From assembly GCF_006345805.1 (NCBI RefSeq), contig NC_043010.1:4464001-4528000 (forward strand): a stretch of 64,000 nt of DNA. Direction: 5' to 3'. The notes under the pieces were generated by a model that saw nothing but the letters and a program-made list of their open reading frames with translations, was not told the DNA's origin and ran no database searches. This stretch comes from Octopus sinensis. Lineage: Eukaryota. Numbering within the stretch: the stretch's first letter is position 1; every line of letters starts with the position of its first letter. This document shows positions 1-14,170 of this stretch, one piece after another. A program made the translations under genes and the position numbers.

Positions 1-885
1 TTTTTTCTGTTATATTCATATTTCCAGCCTCCTTCTCATATTTCTCATAACCAGCTGATATTTATCATTTATTGCTTTCTCTTTGTGTGTGTTTCTCTGT
101 ACACACACACACACATATATATATATGTATGTATGTATGTATATATAAATACAAATATGTGTGTATGTGTGTGTTTTTATATATATATATATGTATATGT
201 ATGTATGTTTGTATGAATATATAATATCTTATATGTTCCTCTATCATAATGTTTCAAAATTGTTTTCATATTTATCTGCTTTTCCAGCATAATAATAAAT
301 ATTATTCTCATAACCCACACACCAGCCTCCTGAATATTATTTGTGTAACTTACCCTTCTGCTCTGTTACTGCTAAAAACAATTTTTTTTTTTCCTATTTT
401 CTTATGGTCATTTAACTTCATTTATTACTATAATATCACAATTTCAGTGTTTTGCTCAATACTGTCAGCTATCATGAAATTGTTGTTTCAAATAATAAGA
501 TTTTGATTGTTTAGATGACCAATGGCTGATGGTTTGATACCGTGCGTCATTTGAAAAAGTGGATTTCTCAAATTGTTCTGGATTGTATCAATTTTAACTG
601 AAATAAGGCAATTTTAAAATATTCCTATGTAACCTGTATATAAATGCTGATATTGCAAAGTTGGGCCTATCATAAGCTAATTTTATTCATGATGCTCACT
701 TTTCCCATATTATGCACTGCCGAAATTCAAGTGCATTAAATTTGCATGTGTGTCTTTTTATGTCGTTGAATATGATACTTATTTTATCAACCATGATAGG
801 AAGAAAAATGCCCCAAAATGCTTATTTCACAAAAGGAGCATATTACCAAAGCTGACAATTAAAAAATCAACCAAATGAGCAAAAT

Positions 886-1130
886 GTCATGGTATAGGTT
901 GCTCTCTGACAGATTTATGGTTGAGCATGTGGCAATGGAGACCTCTGGCATTTTCAGTACCCAAACCATAACCCTGCTCACTGTTAGCAGGGTGGGAAGT
1001 GGCTATCTGAAAGTGCAAGACCTGTGAGTCAGAGTGGCTGTTCCAGTGCATCTCCCTCACCATCCTCCAGAGCAATGCCTTTTTCCATTTTGTCTGCTGG
1101 GACCATGAGGCAATCTGAATTGCAAGAAAT
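886..1130 (-). mobile_element. Decayed non-LTR retrotransposon fragment, paralogous to 3.9-4.0 kb
   Basis: ggttgctctctgacagatttatggttgagcatgtggcaatggagacctctggcattttcagt aligns with ggttgctttctgataggtttatggctgagcaagtggcagtagagatctccagcattctcagt near 3902-3962. Both copies have broken frames. Confidence 0.4.
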
Positions 1131-1339
1131 TGTATGTTCTCCTCCTTAATGTAAAGTTACCCCATACAAACAAATAATAAATGATCATAAAAAAAAGAAA
1201 AATGTAAGTCGCTTGCTAACATGGTTCCGGGTTCAGTCCCACTGCGTGGCACCTTGGGCAAGTGTCTTCTACTATAGCCTCAAGCCAATCAAAGCCTTGT
1301 GAGTGGATTTGGTAGCCGGAAACTGAAAGAAGCCTGTCG

Positions 1340-1374
<35 letters not shown>

Positions 1375-1459
1375 TTAGAGACAAAACCACTATTTTGCAA
1401 AACAAACAAGGAAAGACTTAATCAATACATAAAATTTTAATAAAAAGTAAAAAAAACCG

Positions 1460-1502
1460 CCACTACAATTGTTTCTTGTCCTGATCGACAATCTTCAGGT
1501 GG
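1460..1502 (-). ncRNA. Mirror copy of the hammerhead ribozyme motif
   Basis: Exact reverse complement of 1571-1613 in the left arm of the foldback. Confidence 0.8.
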
Positions 1503-1570
1503 ACTTCCAATTTTCAAGTCAGTTTCAAATTATGAAGTCATAATTTGAAACTGACTTGAAAATTGGAAGT

Positions 1571-1613
1571 CCACCTGAAGATTGTCGATCAGGACAAGAA
1601 ACAATTGTAGTGG
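1571..1613 (+). ncRNA. Minimal type I hammerhead ribozyme motif (canonical core)
   Basis: CCAC-CUGAAGA-UUGUC(GAUCAG)GACAA-GAAA-C(AAUU)GUA/GUGG. Stem I 4 bp, stem II 5 bp, palindromic stem III ACAAUUGU, GUA triplet, predicted cut after 1609. Confidence 0.8.
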
Positions 1614-1812
1614 CGGTTTTTTTGACTTTTTATTAAAATTTTATGTATTGATTAAGTCTTTCCTTGTTTGTTTTGCAAAATGGTGGTTTTGTCTCTAATT
1701 AATATTATATAATATTTTACTATAAAATTGGATTTAATCCTAAATCTGATTTTTTTTCCCTGTAAATTTGGATTTATTCCCTAATATTTATTATTATATA
1801 TATATATATGTA

Positions 1813-1854
<42 letters not shown>

Positions 1855-3589
1855 GTTTGTGTGTCTGTGTTTGTTCCTCTAGCATTGCTTGACAACCGAT
1901 GCTGGTGTGTTTACGTCCCCGTCACTTAGCGGTTTGGCAAAAGAAACCGATAGAATAAGTACTGGGCTTACAAAGAATAAGTCCCGGGATCGATTTGCTC
2001 GACTAAAGGCGGTGCTCCAGCATGGCCACAGTCAAATGACTGAAACAAGTAAAAGAGAAAAAAGAGAGAGTATCATTCCTATTCTGATCTACATACTGAA
2101 TCTACAACTTGATGTAGAGGCTACAATACATTTCCCACTCTATTGATCCCATGGTTACCCCCACTCAGACTGATATTACTCATTACCTCTCCTCCTTTCC
2201 CATTCATATTGTGTTGCTCACTCCAGACCTTGCACCAACCACTTAAACCTAGTCTTTCTTTCTAGTAAGGTTCTTCTTTAGAATTCCATTCATGCCCATG
2301 TCTTTCCTGCAGTGATCATTCCACTGTTGTTCTGTGAAAACTCACCATTTTCAATAGGGCTGTAAAGACTATGGACAAAACCTCTTCTACTAGATCAAAC
2401 TATTAAAGCAAATAAAAAAAAGGGTGGCACAAATGATACAAGAAATATCTGTGTGCCACCAACCCTTGATCAGTTACATTTAATACCGTTATGGTTTCCA
2501 AAGTTGATTATTGTAATACTCTGGTTTTCTCAAAATCCTTTCAACAGGATGTTGATCAGTCAGTCTGTCAATCTGTCTGCCTATCTGTCTGTCTGTTTGT
2601 CTGTCTGGCTGCCTGCATACCTGTCTGTCTGTCTAACTATGTTTCTGTCCACCCATCCACCCATCCCTCCCTCCCTCCCTCCATCCATCCCTGTCTGTCT
2701 GTCTGTCTAACTATCTGTATGGATGTATGTGTGCGCATGTATACACACACTCTTATATAGTTTTTATGTTGAGTTGTAATAAAACAATTTTTCCTCTTTG
2801 CACAGTACCTATTCATTATTGTGTTACAAGAAACACACACACACACACACGTGCACACACTCACGCATGCACATGCATGTGTGTGTGTGTGTGTGTGTGT
2901 ATCAGTTTCATTGAAAATGCATTGGTTAGTCCTAGTCTGTTACACAAAACCCAAGCTCAAAGTGACAGGTAATGGGACGGAATCCAAAACCATGTAGTTG
3001 ATACATGAACCAGTCAGCCACACGATCCTTTCTGTGCCTTGTATATATTCCCTTGTGACTTCTCCATTCCTACAATCTCACTGTCTTGTATAGTTTTAGG
3101 TGAGGAATTCATTTTTGTAGTACTGCAATACTTTTAAGAAGCATTCTAGAAGTAATCCAACCACTGTGTTCTTTTATTCGTTTACTGGTTTTCAGTCATT
3201 GGACTGCAGCCATGCTAGGGCACTACCTGTAAAGGTTTTAGTCAACTATACATATTTCAGTCTGGTAATTATTTTATCAGTCTCTGTTTATCAAATGACT
3301 AAGTTCATCTTCTGTATAAGTGGATATAACTTAATTCACCACTTAACACACACACTCTCTCTCTCTCTTTTTTACGCAAGTATATAAAATTTTGATAACC
3401 TAATTGTGTGACTAGAGAATCAACAATGTACAATTAGGCATGGTATCCCTAAGACTACACTATTCCATGTGTCCTTTCTTTGTTAAACATATGATTTGAG
3501 GAAGATTTGATTGCTACTTTTAGCAAGTTGAGAATAGTGGCTTACCCACTTGTAAGACTTTTTTTTTATATCGAAGTCTGAACATTAAC

Positions 3590-4010
3590 TCATGCTTATC
3601 AAACCATAAAAACTTCAAATTTGTTGATGTGCCAGAGTCTTTGTAATTCCATTTTTAGAGGTTTCCACATAGGTATTGTTTTCAACCATTGTCTATTGTT
3701 CTTCTCTCTCATAGTATTGCATAGTTTTAGACCAAGTGGATGATAAAAGGCTTGATGGTATGACAAATTTTCTTGTTCCATGGCAGCAGGCACTCATCTG
3801 GGCTGTCTCATGCTGTAACACTTTGCCCTACTCAGTGTGTTCAGCTAGCAGCCCAAGCTCTGCTGCTCTTCAGGCTGAGAAAAGCAAACTATCAAAGTAT
3901 TGGTTGCTTTCTGATAGGTTTATGGCTGAGCAAGTGGCAGTAGAGATCTCCAGCATTCTCAGTGCTCAGACCATATCTCTGCTCACTGCAGATACCTAAG
4001 GGTAGAGCAA
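3590..4010 (-). mobile_element. Decayed C-terminal region of an RLE-type non-LTR element (Dong/R4-like)
   Basis: Minus-strand frames give QPEEQQSL and LKMELQRLWHINKFEV, resembling the AAQEQSL and post-endonuclease ELxRLW motifs. Many stops. Confidence 0.4.
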
Positions 4011-5164
4011 GTGTGAGATGGTTGGATATTACCCATAGTTACTGTTGGTCTTGTTTGGGAAACCAGCAGGAAAGTCTAATGGTGGTTGCTTCTGATAGAA
4101 TCATATAGAGGCGAAGTATGAGGATTCATCCCTCATGACCTTGCCAGGAATAGTGGGCAAAGAAGATGAACGGATGGAGTAAAGAACAAGATGGATGCAT
4201 AGGTTGGCTAGATTTCGTCAAGGGGGATTTTCTACAAATTGATACCTTTTTTGATGCCAAACCTTATCTGTTCAAAGCAAGAAAAATAATTAATAGACAA
4301 TTGATGTCAGCGATACAGATATTATCTGGAGAAACTACTAAATAAATAATAGTAAAATTAGTAGGAATATTTTATTTATTAATCTATTTCATTTATTAAT
4401 CAGAACTGAAATGTAATGCCCATATCTCTTTACTGCTTCTTTGTGATTAGTGTCAGGAAAGGGGAAAAGGATACTCAGCTGGAGAACTAAACCCAAATTT
4501 CGAAACAGAGTGGAGTCTAATAAAAGTACCAAAAACGCCAGACAATGCCTTTAAACTAGGTGATAGAGTGAAGTATAACCACCCGAGTAGATCATGCTGG
4601 AATTTGAACACAGAATGCAAAGAACTAGAACAAATACCACAAGGTATTCTGACCAATGCTTTAACATTTCTACAAATCCACTGTCCATTACTGGTATTAT
4701 ATTACATATATTGATCCTGGAAGTTGACCTTGCTGGGATTTGAACTAAGCATTCAGAACACTAACATAAATATTATATTACATTTTGTCCAACAGTCTAA
4801 CTAATCTCACAATTTACTGCCTTGAAATGCCAGTTGAAATGGATATGGATGAGTATAGAAAGAATAAATATTCTCTTAAAATCCCCTTATAAAAACCATT
4901 TCACCAAATTCCAAGATTAAGACAGACAAAAACAAATAGGTATTGTTGAAAAGGATTTCAAGAGTTTTTATAGAATGTTTGGAGCCACATGTTCCTGGAA
5001 AGTAATTGAATAGTAAAGAAATTTAGAAGTAGATATATCTGTCAGGAAATCAGAAATTGATCTCATCTCAAAGGATTGTTATTAGCCAATACATACACAT
5101 GCATCTGTCTGTCTCTCTTTCTCTGTGGACACACATGCATACATACATACATACATACATACAT

Positions 5165-5213
<49 letters not shown>

Positions 5214-8200
5214 CGTACATATGGAGAGAGAGAGAGATAAGACACTAGAGAATGTTATCGTTTGGTGATTTCCCAGAAGTATTGGAAATATTTCATGTAA
5301 CTGTAATTGAGAAGTTAAATAGATTATGCAATTTTTCAGTTTTTAAGCTTTAGCAAATCCTGATTCTTTTTTCTTTGGTTGACTTAAAAATGGTGGTAAA
5401 AAATATCAACAAAGTTGTGAGAATGAAATGAAAAATCTATTAAAATGGTTATTATATGTGTTCTAACCTGAAGAATATCGGTAACTGCATGCTAAAGTGT
5501 TAAAAAAGATAAGAATTGTTTTGAAAAGTCTCAAAAGTTTTGAAAAAAAATAAATTGAATAGTAAAAGAGAATAAAAAACAGTAACACTTTTGTTTTATT
5601 TTAATCCGTGTTATCCCAATTTACATTAAAGTGGGGTATTAATCCAATTTGGACAAACAGTTAAAGACTGTTAAGAACTATATAGGTATATATTAAAAGC
5701 AAAAGATATGAGGCTGTAGGTGGAGGATCAATAGTTTTGAAATAGCAATTCTGGAGTAGGTTTTAAATCTATTATTCTTTTAGTGGATTCAATTATCAGA
5801 CTGTAGTTGCTTGACAGAATTTTTAGCATGTTGGACAAAATACTTTGCAGTATTTATTAACAGTTCTTTACTTTCTGAGATCAAATCCTCTTGAAGTCGT
5901 CTTTGTCTTTTATCCTTCTAAGGTCGTAGAATAAAATCTTAGATAAATACTAGAGCTTATCCTACAATATTGTGTTTATTTGTGCCAATGACAGAGACCA
6001 AAATTAGGTTTGCATAGGTAATTTCTTAGGATAGAAACAAGGGCAGAATAAATGCACAAGAAAAGAGATTGGTTCAAGTAAAATTTCTTTGAAGATTTGA
6101 ATTACAAAATTGCTTTGATGACAGAAACTAGAAATGAATGATGTGAATGGAGCAACTAGTTGATATGGGGGATATTTCCCCCAACATATTTTTTCAGGTT
6201 TTATAGTGAAACACCAAAAAAAAAAAACAGTCTGAGAAAAACTAGAGACAGCAGTGGTTTGTCAGCAACAATTTTTCAATAAAGTTCATGCGTTTGGATA
6301 AATCTGTGTACTACAAAGAGTGGGGAATTTAACATTCTAGGATGGTCTCTGCATTTGAGAAGGGAGTTTTCCACAAAAAGAGGTCAAAGAAATTACAGCT
6401 TTTCTTCCATCTCACAATTGTGTGAAAGCTTTACTATAATCAAGAGTAGGTACATAAAATAACCAGATATGGAGAAAACCAGGAAGCTGACACAGGTTGT
6501 TGTCTAGTATGATAAACTGTTAACATCTCAAACTTTATCATGTCTGGCATTGTTAGTGCATCTCTTGTGAAGAATATAGTGTAGGAGGGTTGGCTTCTTG
6601 AGAACAATAAGCATGTATCAGTTGTTACTTATTTAATTTATAGAATTCAAATCCTTCCTCGATCGACTTTGTCATCCTCTTGGGATTGATAAAATAAAGT
6701 ACCAGTCGAGTACTGGGGTTAGTGTAATTATTTGTTCTTTCTCCTAAAATTTCTGGACTTGTGCCAATGTAAGAAATCAATTCTATTCAGTTTTGTATTA
6801 AACTCTTAATGATTGGCTTTTTCTACTTAATAACCGATTTCCAGGCATTTTCATAAGTCTTGCATGAAATTTGTTTTTGGTTAATTCTAGGCTCTTTCTA
6901 ACTAGTATTCTAATTCTAGGCACAGTTTTATGAATTTTTGCATGAAATTTATTTTTGGTTATAAACATTGCTGAAAATCTTTGTTTACAAGTCAAGAGGA
7001 AAAGGAAAAGGCTTTTCACACATTTTTTTACACACATGAGTTGTGTTTATAGTTGGTTTTGATTACTACAAAATTTCTGTTTTTTATGAACCTCACACAA
7101 CCCTCATCTTCTCTTGCGTAACCTGGTTAGAGAAACTCCAGCGAAGGATATGGCAAGATGAATTCAAACACCCAGACTTCTATAATGCAGCAGCACCATT
7201 GAAAATAACAAAATTAATAAAATATTTATTACGTTAATTATAAATCTATGCTGATTTCCTCCTTAAGTTGCTCCAACTGTCAGACTGTTCTTTCCTTCTA
7301 CGATGCCATATAATATCAATCAGGAGTGCAGGGTGGAGATTAACAACTTGGAAGAGGTCATGCGATTACCAATACATGGACTGCTTAAATTAATATGCTA
7401 ATGATACCATGATAACTTTTATTTTTATCTACAGTTTTCATTTTTCTTTTTCACCATTTGAACATGGATTGGATGGTTCTATAAATTTGGATATTTTATG
7501 CACTATTGGAGCTGATGTCTTTACAACTGAATGCTCTTTCAAACATTTCAACCAAGAAATTGCAATGGAGCTGGTTGGCTAAGAAACTAGAATAATTAAC
7601 ATGACAATGAGATTGAAAAATAATTCAAAATTATAATCCTTAACTACTTTCAACAGCTAGTTTTAATGACTTTCATAAAATTAAGGCCAATTTTAGTTGA
7701 TTTATATAAAATAATTCCAAACCAAAAATTTTTTACAGTTTAATAAAATCAATACATTTTCTCATTTACTCACTTGAAACTTTAAAATGTTTTCTATAAA
7801 CTATTTATATCAATTAATTAAAAAAAAACCAGAACAGTGAAACATTATGACTAACAACTAGTTTGCCACACTTGTTTCAGTGAGTGTTGAAAATATAGAC
7901 AATTGTGTAACACAGATAAGGATTCTTCCTAATGCTAGCAACAAGACTTTGAGGCAAATTTAGGGTCCCTTTTCTGCTGATTCAAGTAAATCTAATTGAA
8001 TAATTTGCCTCATATATATACACACGAAGAAAATCTGCACAGGCCAGCTATGACCATCCTGCTTTTTGTGCTTCTCTAAAATTTGAGGTGGACTTGACTG
8101 CTAATTTTAGCAGATCAAATAACCACATAGAGGCACTCTTATAGAATTCACAACATTGTGTACATATTGGTTTAAAATTTTGGCACAAGGCCAGCAACTC

Positions 8201-8960
8201 TGGGAGATGGGGTAAGTCGATAACATTGACCCCCAGTGATTAACTGGTAATTTTGTATTGACCCAGGAAGGATGAAAGGCAAAGTTGACTTTGATGGAAT
8301 TTGAAAACAGAACATAAAGATGGACGAAAAGTTACAAAGCATTTTATCCAAGATGCTAATAATTCTTCCAGCTCACTGCCTTCATTCTGGCGAATGAATT
8401 TTTTTCAGCTAGCTAGATATTATACTTTAGTTTGTAACCTTGCCTGTATGGGTGCAAAAGCTGCTCAAAGAGAGAAATATGTGAACAATACCTAACATAG
8501 GTCACATTTTTGGAAACACAGTAAATTGTTAATGCTTACATATTTTCTACTCCAAAAGAAGACTAACTTTGGTACATATTTTGGCAATGTTGTAGACATA
8601 TGGCCAAACATTGTAATTTGAAATAGTTTATTTATGATTTTCTACAAGAGTTCTCAAACATATTCATCAGATTTAAATTAGCATAACTGCATTAAATAAA
8701 TTTGGTTTGGTTATTACTAGCATTAATTATGCCTTTTCTGGATGTCTTGGTTTTAACCTGAAGTTAGTGCTCTGACAGTGGTTTACTGATGGATGTCTAG
8801 ATTATAGATCTTACTCTGTACAACATACAATATATTCGATAGTGTCATCGTAAATTTCACTTTTATATGAAATAGATAACTGAAATTTGGACTCCAAGAT
8901 CCCCCTTCATTTCTATATTACTGCAAACTTGAAGATATATATATATATATATATATATAG

Positions 8961-9143
8961 GGAGAGTTTACGAAAAAAACAAAAGACGAAGACAGGTGGT
9001 GTGCAAAACAAACAGATCTATTAGTATAATGCTGAGGAATAGAAAAAGTCTTTTGCGTTTCGAGCCTATGCTCTTCTACAGAAAGGGACACAGAAAAAAC
9101 AAGGAGAGAAAAAATGTGTGTAGTGTAGTGGCTAACGATCTAT

Positions 9144-9150
<7 letters not shown>
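8961..9150 (-). mobile_element. Short Penelope-like terminal element with degenerate hammerhead motif (9050-9085)
   Basis: Flanked by simple repeats and homologous to 61427-61615. Minus strand reads CUUU-CUGUAGA-A-GAGC(AUAG)GCUC-GAAAC-GCA-AAAG. Confidence 0.6.
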
Positions 9151-9178
<28 letters not shown>

Positions 9179-9419
9179 TATAAACGACAAAATAAAGTGA
9201 AAAAACTACAGAAGACTTGTGTTATGTGGTTAAAGAATATATTTAAATCGTTATGTTAGAAAAATGTTATAAAATTTTGTGTATAACATGTTTTGCTCAA
9301 GAACACAGCACATTGCCCAGTTCAGAAATCAAAACCAGAATCTCATGATCATGAGCACAACGCCCAAACTACTAAGTTGCACACCTCCAGTATATGTATA
9401 TACTGATATATCTGATATA

Positions 9420-9454
<35 letters not shown>

Positions 9455-9761
9455 GTGCGTTTGTGAGTACATGCAAACACACACACACATAACATTATTA
9501 TAACATTTTGATCGGTTGAAATACTCCAATAAACTAAGAATACATAAGCATGTTTATTATGTGTGTATATTATTAAAAGGTTATTCATGCAATTATATTA
9601 TTGCTTATATTTAGTTATTGATTTCTACTTATTATATAGTATAGTATTATATATTCATATATTTAGATGTATATTGGGATAGGACACCTAATATTTATAT
9701 GTATTATATTATTTGGTTAATTAGTAAAGGTAAATACTCAATATCTAAGTATTATATAATA

Positions 9762-10063
9762 TCACGTGATCACATGACCGACCACCTTCAGATATTGTTA
9801 CACATCGCTGGTCACAATGCGTTCGCATTGTTTTAGCCTTCAAATGATGCCACCCCGCTGGCTAAGCGAGCAGGCCAACAGAAGAAAGAGTGGGAGAAAG
9901 AGTGGTGAAAGAGTACAGCAGGGATCACCACCCCCTGCCGGAGCATCGTGGAGCTTTTAGGTGTTTTCGCTCAACAAACACTCACAACGCCCGGTCTGGG
10001 AATCGAAACCACGATCCTACGACCGCGAGTCCGCTGCCCTAACCACTGGGCCATTGCACCTCC
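9762..10063 (-). mobile_element. SINE family B (tRNA-Arg-like head), tail type i
   Basis: Minus strand ggaggtgcaatggcccagtggttagggcagcggactcgcggtcgtaggatcgtggtttcgattccc has A and B boxes. Ends in tcacgtga repeats. Confidence 0.85.
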
Positions 10064-11477
10064 ATTATATAATATAGTATATATTATTTATATTTATGTT
10101 GTTTTAACCTATGTATGGTTGATATTTTTATCTAGATTAGAAAGTATTATATTATCTGACAGATAGTAAAGGTCAATATTTGATATCATTATTAAAATGA
10201 AATTTAAGCATTATATAATATAAAATATGTTATTATTAAAATGAAATTTAAGTATTATATAATATATATAACATTTAGTATATGTTATTTATATTTATAT
10301 TATTTTTAATTATTTAAATCTGTTTGGTTTTTAAATTCATGTATAATTATTATATTATATTATTACACATACACACACGTGTATTCAAACACTAGCATAA
10401 ATTTTATTTCACTTTTATGCTATTTTATTCATTATTTATTTTTACTCTTATATACTCATTAGTTATGATTGTTATTGAGTTAAAAACAAAAATAACAATT
10501 TTAATGCATGCATGCACACACACATACTCACATAATAATCTCTAGCTCAAAGACTGCCCTCCACGTGATTTTCTACAAACCACTTGATAATATTTTCACA
10601 TTTGATTCCCAATTCTAATAATTTTAATGATGTTTTATGTCTAATTATTTCTTTGTATAATAGTACTCACTGCTTAGTAAATATTGCTTTCAGTATTTTA
10701 TCACAGTCACAATCTCTCTTTTTTTTTAGAACAAACATCAAGATAGTCCAACTACAGTAGGTGGAGCAGTTTGTCAAATTTTACCTTTCCCTCAAAGCAA
10801 CATAGAGATCCCAATTCAGCAGCTCATCTGTAAGCATTGCAGTGTGTGTGTATGTGTGTGTGTGTTTGTGTGTGCGTATGAGAGAGAGAGAGAGAGTGTG
10901 TGGGAGAGAGAACATTGCAAACAATGAATGAGATAAACATGAAATGAAAACTCATATAAATAAAAGAGCCTAACTACAGATGTGTTTGCCCCTGACTTTG
11001 TTACCTCATAACATCCAGAAAAATGTACTTTTTAACAAAATTTTCTACAAATACTGCTTAGATGTTGTGGTTTCAGAGTATATAGAGATTTATGGGAAAA
11101 AATTTTTCCGAGGGAGTAGAGAGAGGAGTTTGTGAAAATTCACACAATCTGACTTTTTCCCTCATAACTTTCAGGAAAATGGGTATCTTTTAATGAAAGT
11201 TTTTTTCAAACACCTTTCAAATGGCACAGATTCTAAAGAAATTTGTGCAAATGAACATGAAAAACTGTGCAGCGAATACAATGAATATTTAAATTTGTGA
11301 AAAATTGGAGTTAAAAAATTCAATAAAGTTCAGAAATCGAAATTATAAGAAATTTCTTGGAACATGGATTTATAAAAAAAATTCCAGACAATCAAGCCTT
11401 TAATAATTGCTTTCCTTCAGTACTTTTAGTAACTATAACATACCTAATTAATAAGCAGCTTTTTCCATTATAATATG

Positions 11478-11708
11478 TTTCTTTATTACCCACAAGGGGC
11501 TAAACATAGAGGGGACAAACAAAGACAGACAAACGAATTAAGTCGATTACATCGACCCCAGTGTGTAACTGTTACTTTATTTATCGACCCCGAAAGGATG
11601 AAAGGCAAAGTCTACCTCGACGGAATTTGAACTCAGAACGTAACGGCAGACGAAATACCGCTAAGCATTTCGCCCGGCGTGCTAACGTTTCTGCCAGCTC
11701 GCTGCCTT
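11478..11708 (-). mobile_element. SINE family C (Meta-domain-like centre)
   Basis: Reverse complement of the copy at 36479-36709. Centre gcctttcatcctttcggggtcgataaa. Confidence 0.85.
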
Positions 11709-12744
11709 TATAATATAGAAGTTACTTATGTATTCTTAGTCTCTCTGAGTATTTCAACCAATCAAAATGTAATATCTGTATTGTCCTTTTTCATTCCCTG
11801 AAGATTTTCCACTCAAGGTATTTTGAAATGCAAACTTGTATATTTAAATATGTTTTGTAATTTAAATTGGATGTGAAATGAAACAGTTGTAGGCAATGAT
11901 GATAATTAATTGATAAATTAATTTATATTCATTGAATCTCTCCATTTTCAAACTTAATAATAATATTTCGTATTTCATATTTTATAATACGTTCATTAAA
12001 GAAATATGTACTCTCTGTACATTTTTTACTTCTTTTATTTCATTTATAACACTACTGGCAAGGATAAGAAACAGTTTTCCTATAGGCATGCACACACACA
12101 CACAACACACACACACACACACACTATCTCTCTCTCTCACACACAAACACACACACACACACTATCTCTCTCTCTCTCACACACACATATATACATGTAT
12201 ATACATTGAAGTACAACATGATCCAAAATTGGAGTGCAACTAATGGTGAGACATCAGAGAGAGAAGGGTAGCAATATTATAAGATACCATAACTAACAGA
12301 GATACTGAGGTAGACACAACTATTTAAAAGATGGAATTAGATGACAGGATGATAGAAAGAGCAAAACTCAAACCATTAAGGATGACAAATTCTAATTGGC
12401 TTCGGAAACTGATTCTAACCTGCATGGAAATAAAAGGATGATGTGGGAAATTCCTCATCGTCATTGTTTTCCCTGCAACTGCCATGAACACTGTCATCAC
12501 CATAACCATTTCAATGTCCACTTTTCCATGTTTACATGGGTCACATGGAAATCACTGAAGTAGGTTTTCTATGGCTGAATTCCCTTCCTGTTGCTTACTC
12601 TTACCTTTGTCCTAGCAAAAGTATTTTTCACCATGGCTAGACAGGTTTCAACAGAAGAGTGGAGATTAACAACACCGCTTTTGTGACAGTGACACTCATT
12701 TACAACTACTGCACAATTTTAAAACAAGAAGATACAAACTCACA

Positions 12745-12783
<39 letters not shown>

Positions 12784-14170
12784 GCACCAGACTTCTTTCA
12801 CTTTCTATCTTCTAAATCCCTAAGTAGATTTGTGTCTACTGAAAAGTGTCTTCCACTTAGTAGAATACAAGACACTTTTCCAAAGGCCATACAGTGGGAT
12901 TGAATCTGAAACCATGTTGTTGGGAAGCAAAATTGTTAATCACACAACTCCCAGCTGTATCTCTATTGATGCAAGGAAAATAACCCAAAACACATTTGAA
13001 CAAAGACAGTGCTAGAGAAGAGATGTAAAATCATATCAAATCCACTATAGACAAAGAAAATGTGAAGATTAAGAAGATTGAATGATGAAATTTTTTTTAA
13101 TGCATAAAGCAATGTATATAAACAAATAAAAAAATGCTCGTATGTAGACTAGACAAGGAGTTTAACAAAAAACAAGGGTTAAAAAACATGATTTTAAACA
13201 ATTAAATCGAAAAGTTATTTGTATGCTCTGAAGAATAAAATGTATGCAGAATGAAATACTTCAGAGATGTGGACAGCTTCAGTCACAATGGTGACAATTA
13301 AAATTTTGGTAGGTTTCATTCCTGGAGAAAGAAATGTTAAGAAGAAAGTATGAATTTGCTAAGAACTATTAAAAAATAAAGTGACTAAATTGTTATTGAT
13401 GTTCAACTTGAATTGACAAATTCTACAGATCTTACACGAATAATGTGATTGGAAAATATCCTTGATTATGGAACTTATTTTTAAGTGCTGTAACAAGGGA
13501 AATATCTGCTAAGCTATGGCAGTGAGTCAACAGAGTCATTAGAACATTGGATAGAATGCCTCATAATTCTCTCTGCCCTTGGTGGAAATCCAGCTAAAGT
13601 TAACTAAGGTCAATAAAAAAGTACAAATCCAGAGCAGTGGATTGAAGGTGGTGGTTTTGTGGAAGGTGATGAGAGGTTAAACGTAAGATGCCTTCACCAC
13701 CATATCTCTTTTCCAGTCAGGATAGTCATGTATCTCCTCTACAGCAAGACACCTATTTCTCTTAACTCTATCATACGTTTAACCTCTCATCACCTTCCAC
13801 AAAACCACCACCTTCAGTACTACTCCTGACATAACTAAAGGATTGCATCTTGTGAGTTACTTGGTGACCTCACTGGTACCAGTGCTGCAGGAAAAAAAAA
13901 ACACTCAGTACATACTGTAAAGTGGTTGGTGTTAGGAAGAGCATCCAGCTATAGAAATTATATTAAAGCAGACATTTAATGTATACCTTTGTCTATTTGT
14001 GTTTTTTTGGCACCCAGCCATGCAGTAACTACTTGACAACTGGTGTTGGTTTGTTTATGTCCCTGAAAATTAGTGGTTCAGCAAAAGAGACCAATAGAAT
14101 AAGTACTGGTTTCAAAATAGACATAAGTACTGTGTTAAATTTGTCTGACTAAAATCCTTCAAGGCATAGG

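Larger units (their letters stand above)
1362..1797. mobile_element. Penelope-like foldback insertion (174-bp inverted arms, 2-nt spacer, 86-nt extension on the right)
   Basis: 1362-1535 is the reverse complement of 1538-1711 with only 2 mismatches (1391/1682, 1449/1624). Flanked by (TA)n and contains hammerhead motifs. Confidence 0.8.
1204..2070 (+). mobile_element. SINE family A (tRNA-derived, CORE-like centre), split by a foldback insertion in its internal (TA)n
   Basis: Head ggttccgggttcagtcccactgcgtggcaccttgggcaag, internal microsatellite, tail ...gactgaaacaagtaaaagag. Matches the intact copies at 26684 and 52592. Confidence 0.85.

Noticed and set aside
9990-10063. tRNA genes at SINE B heads and at 49410-49490
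   Set aside because: A and B boxes are present but acceptor and anticodon stems do not close, and the heads run into SINE bodies.
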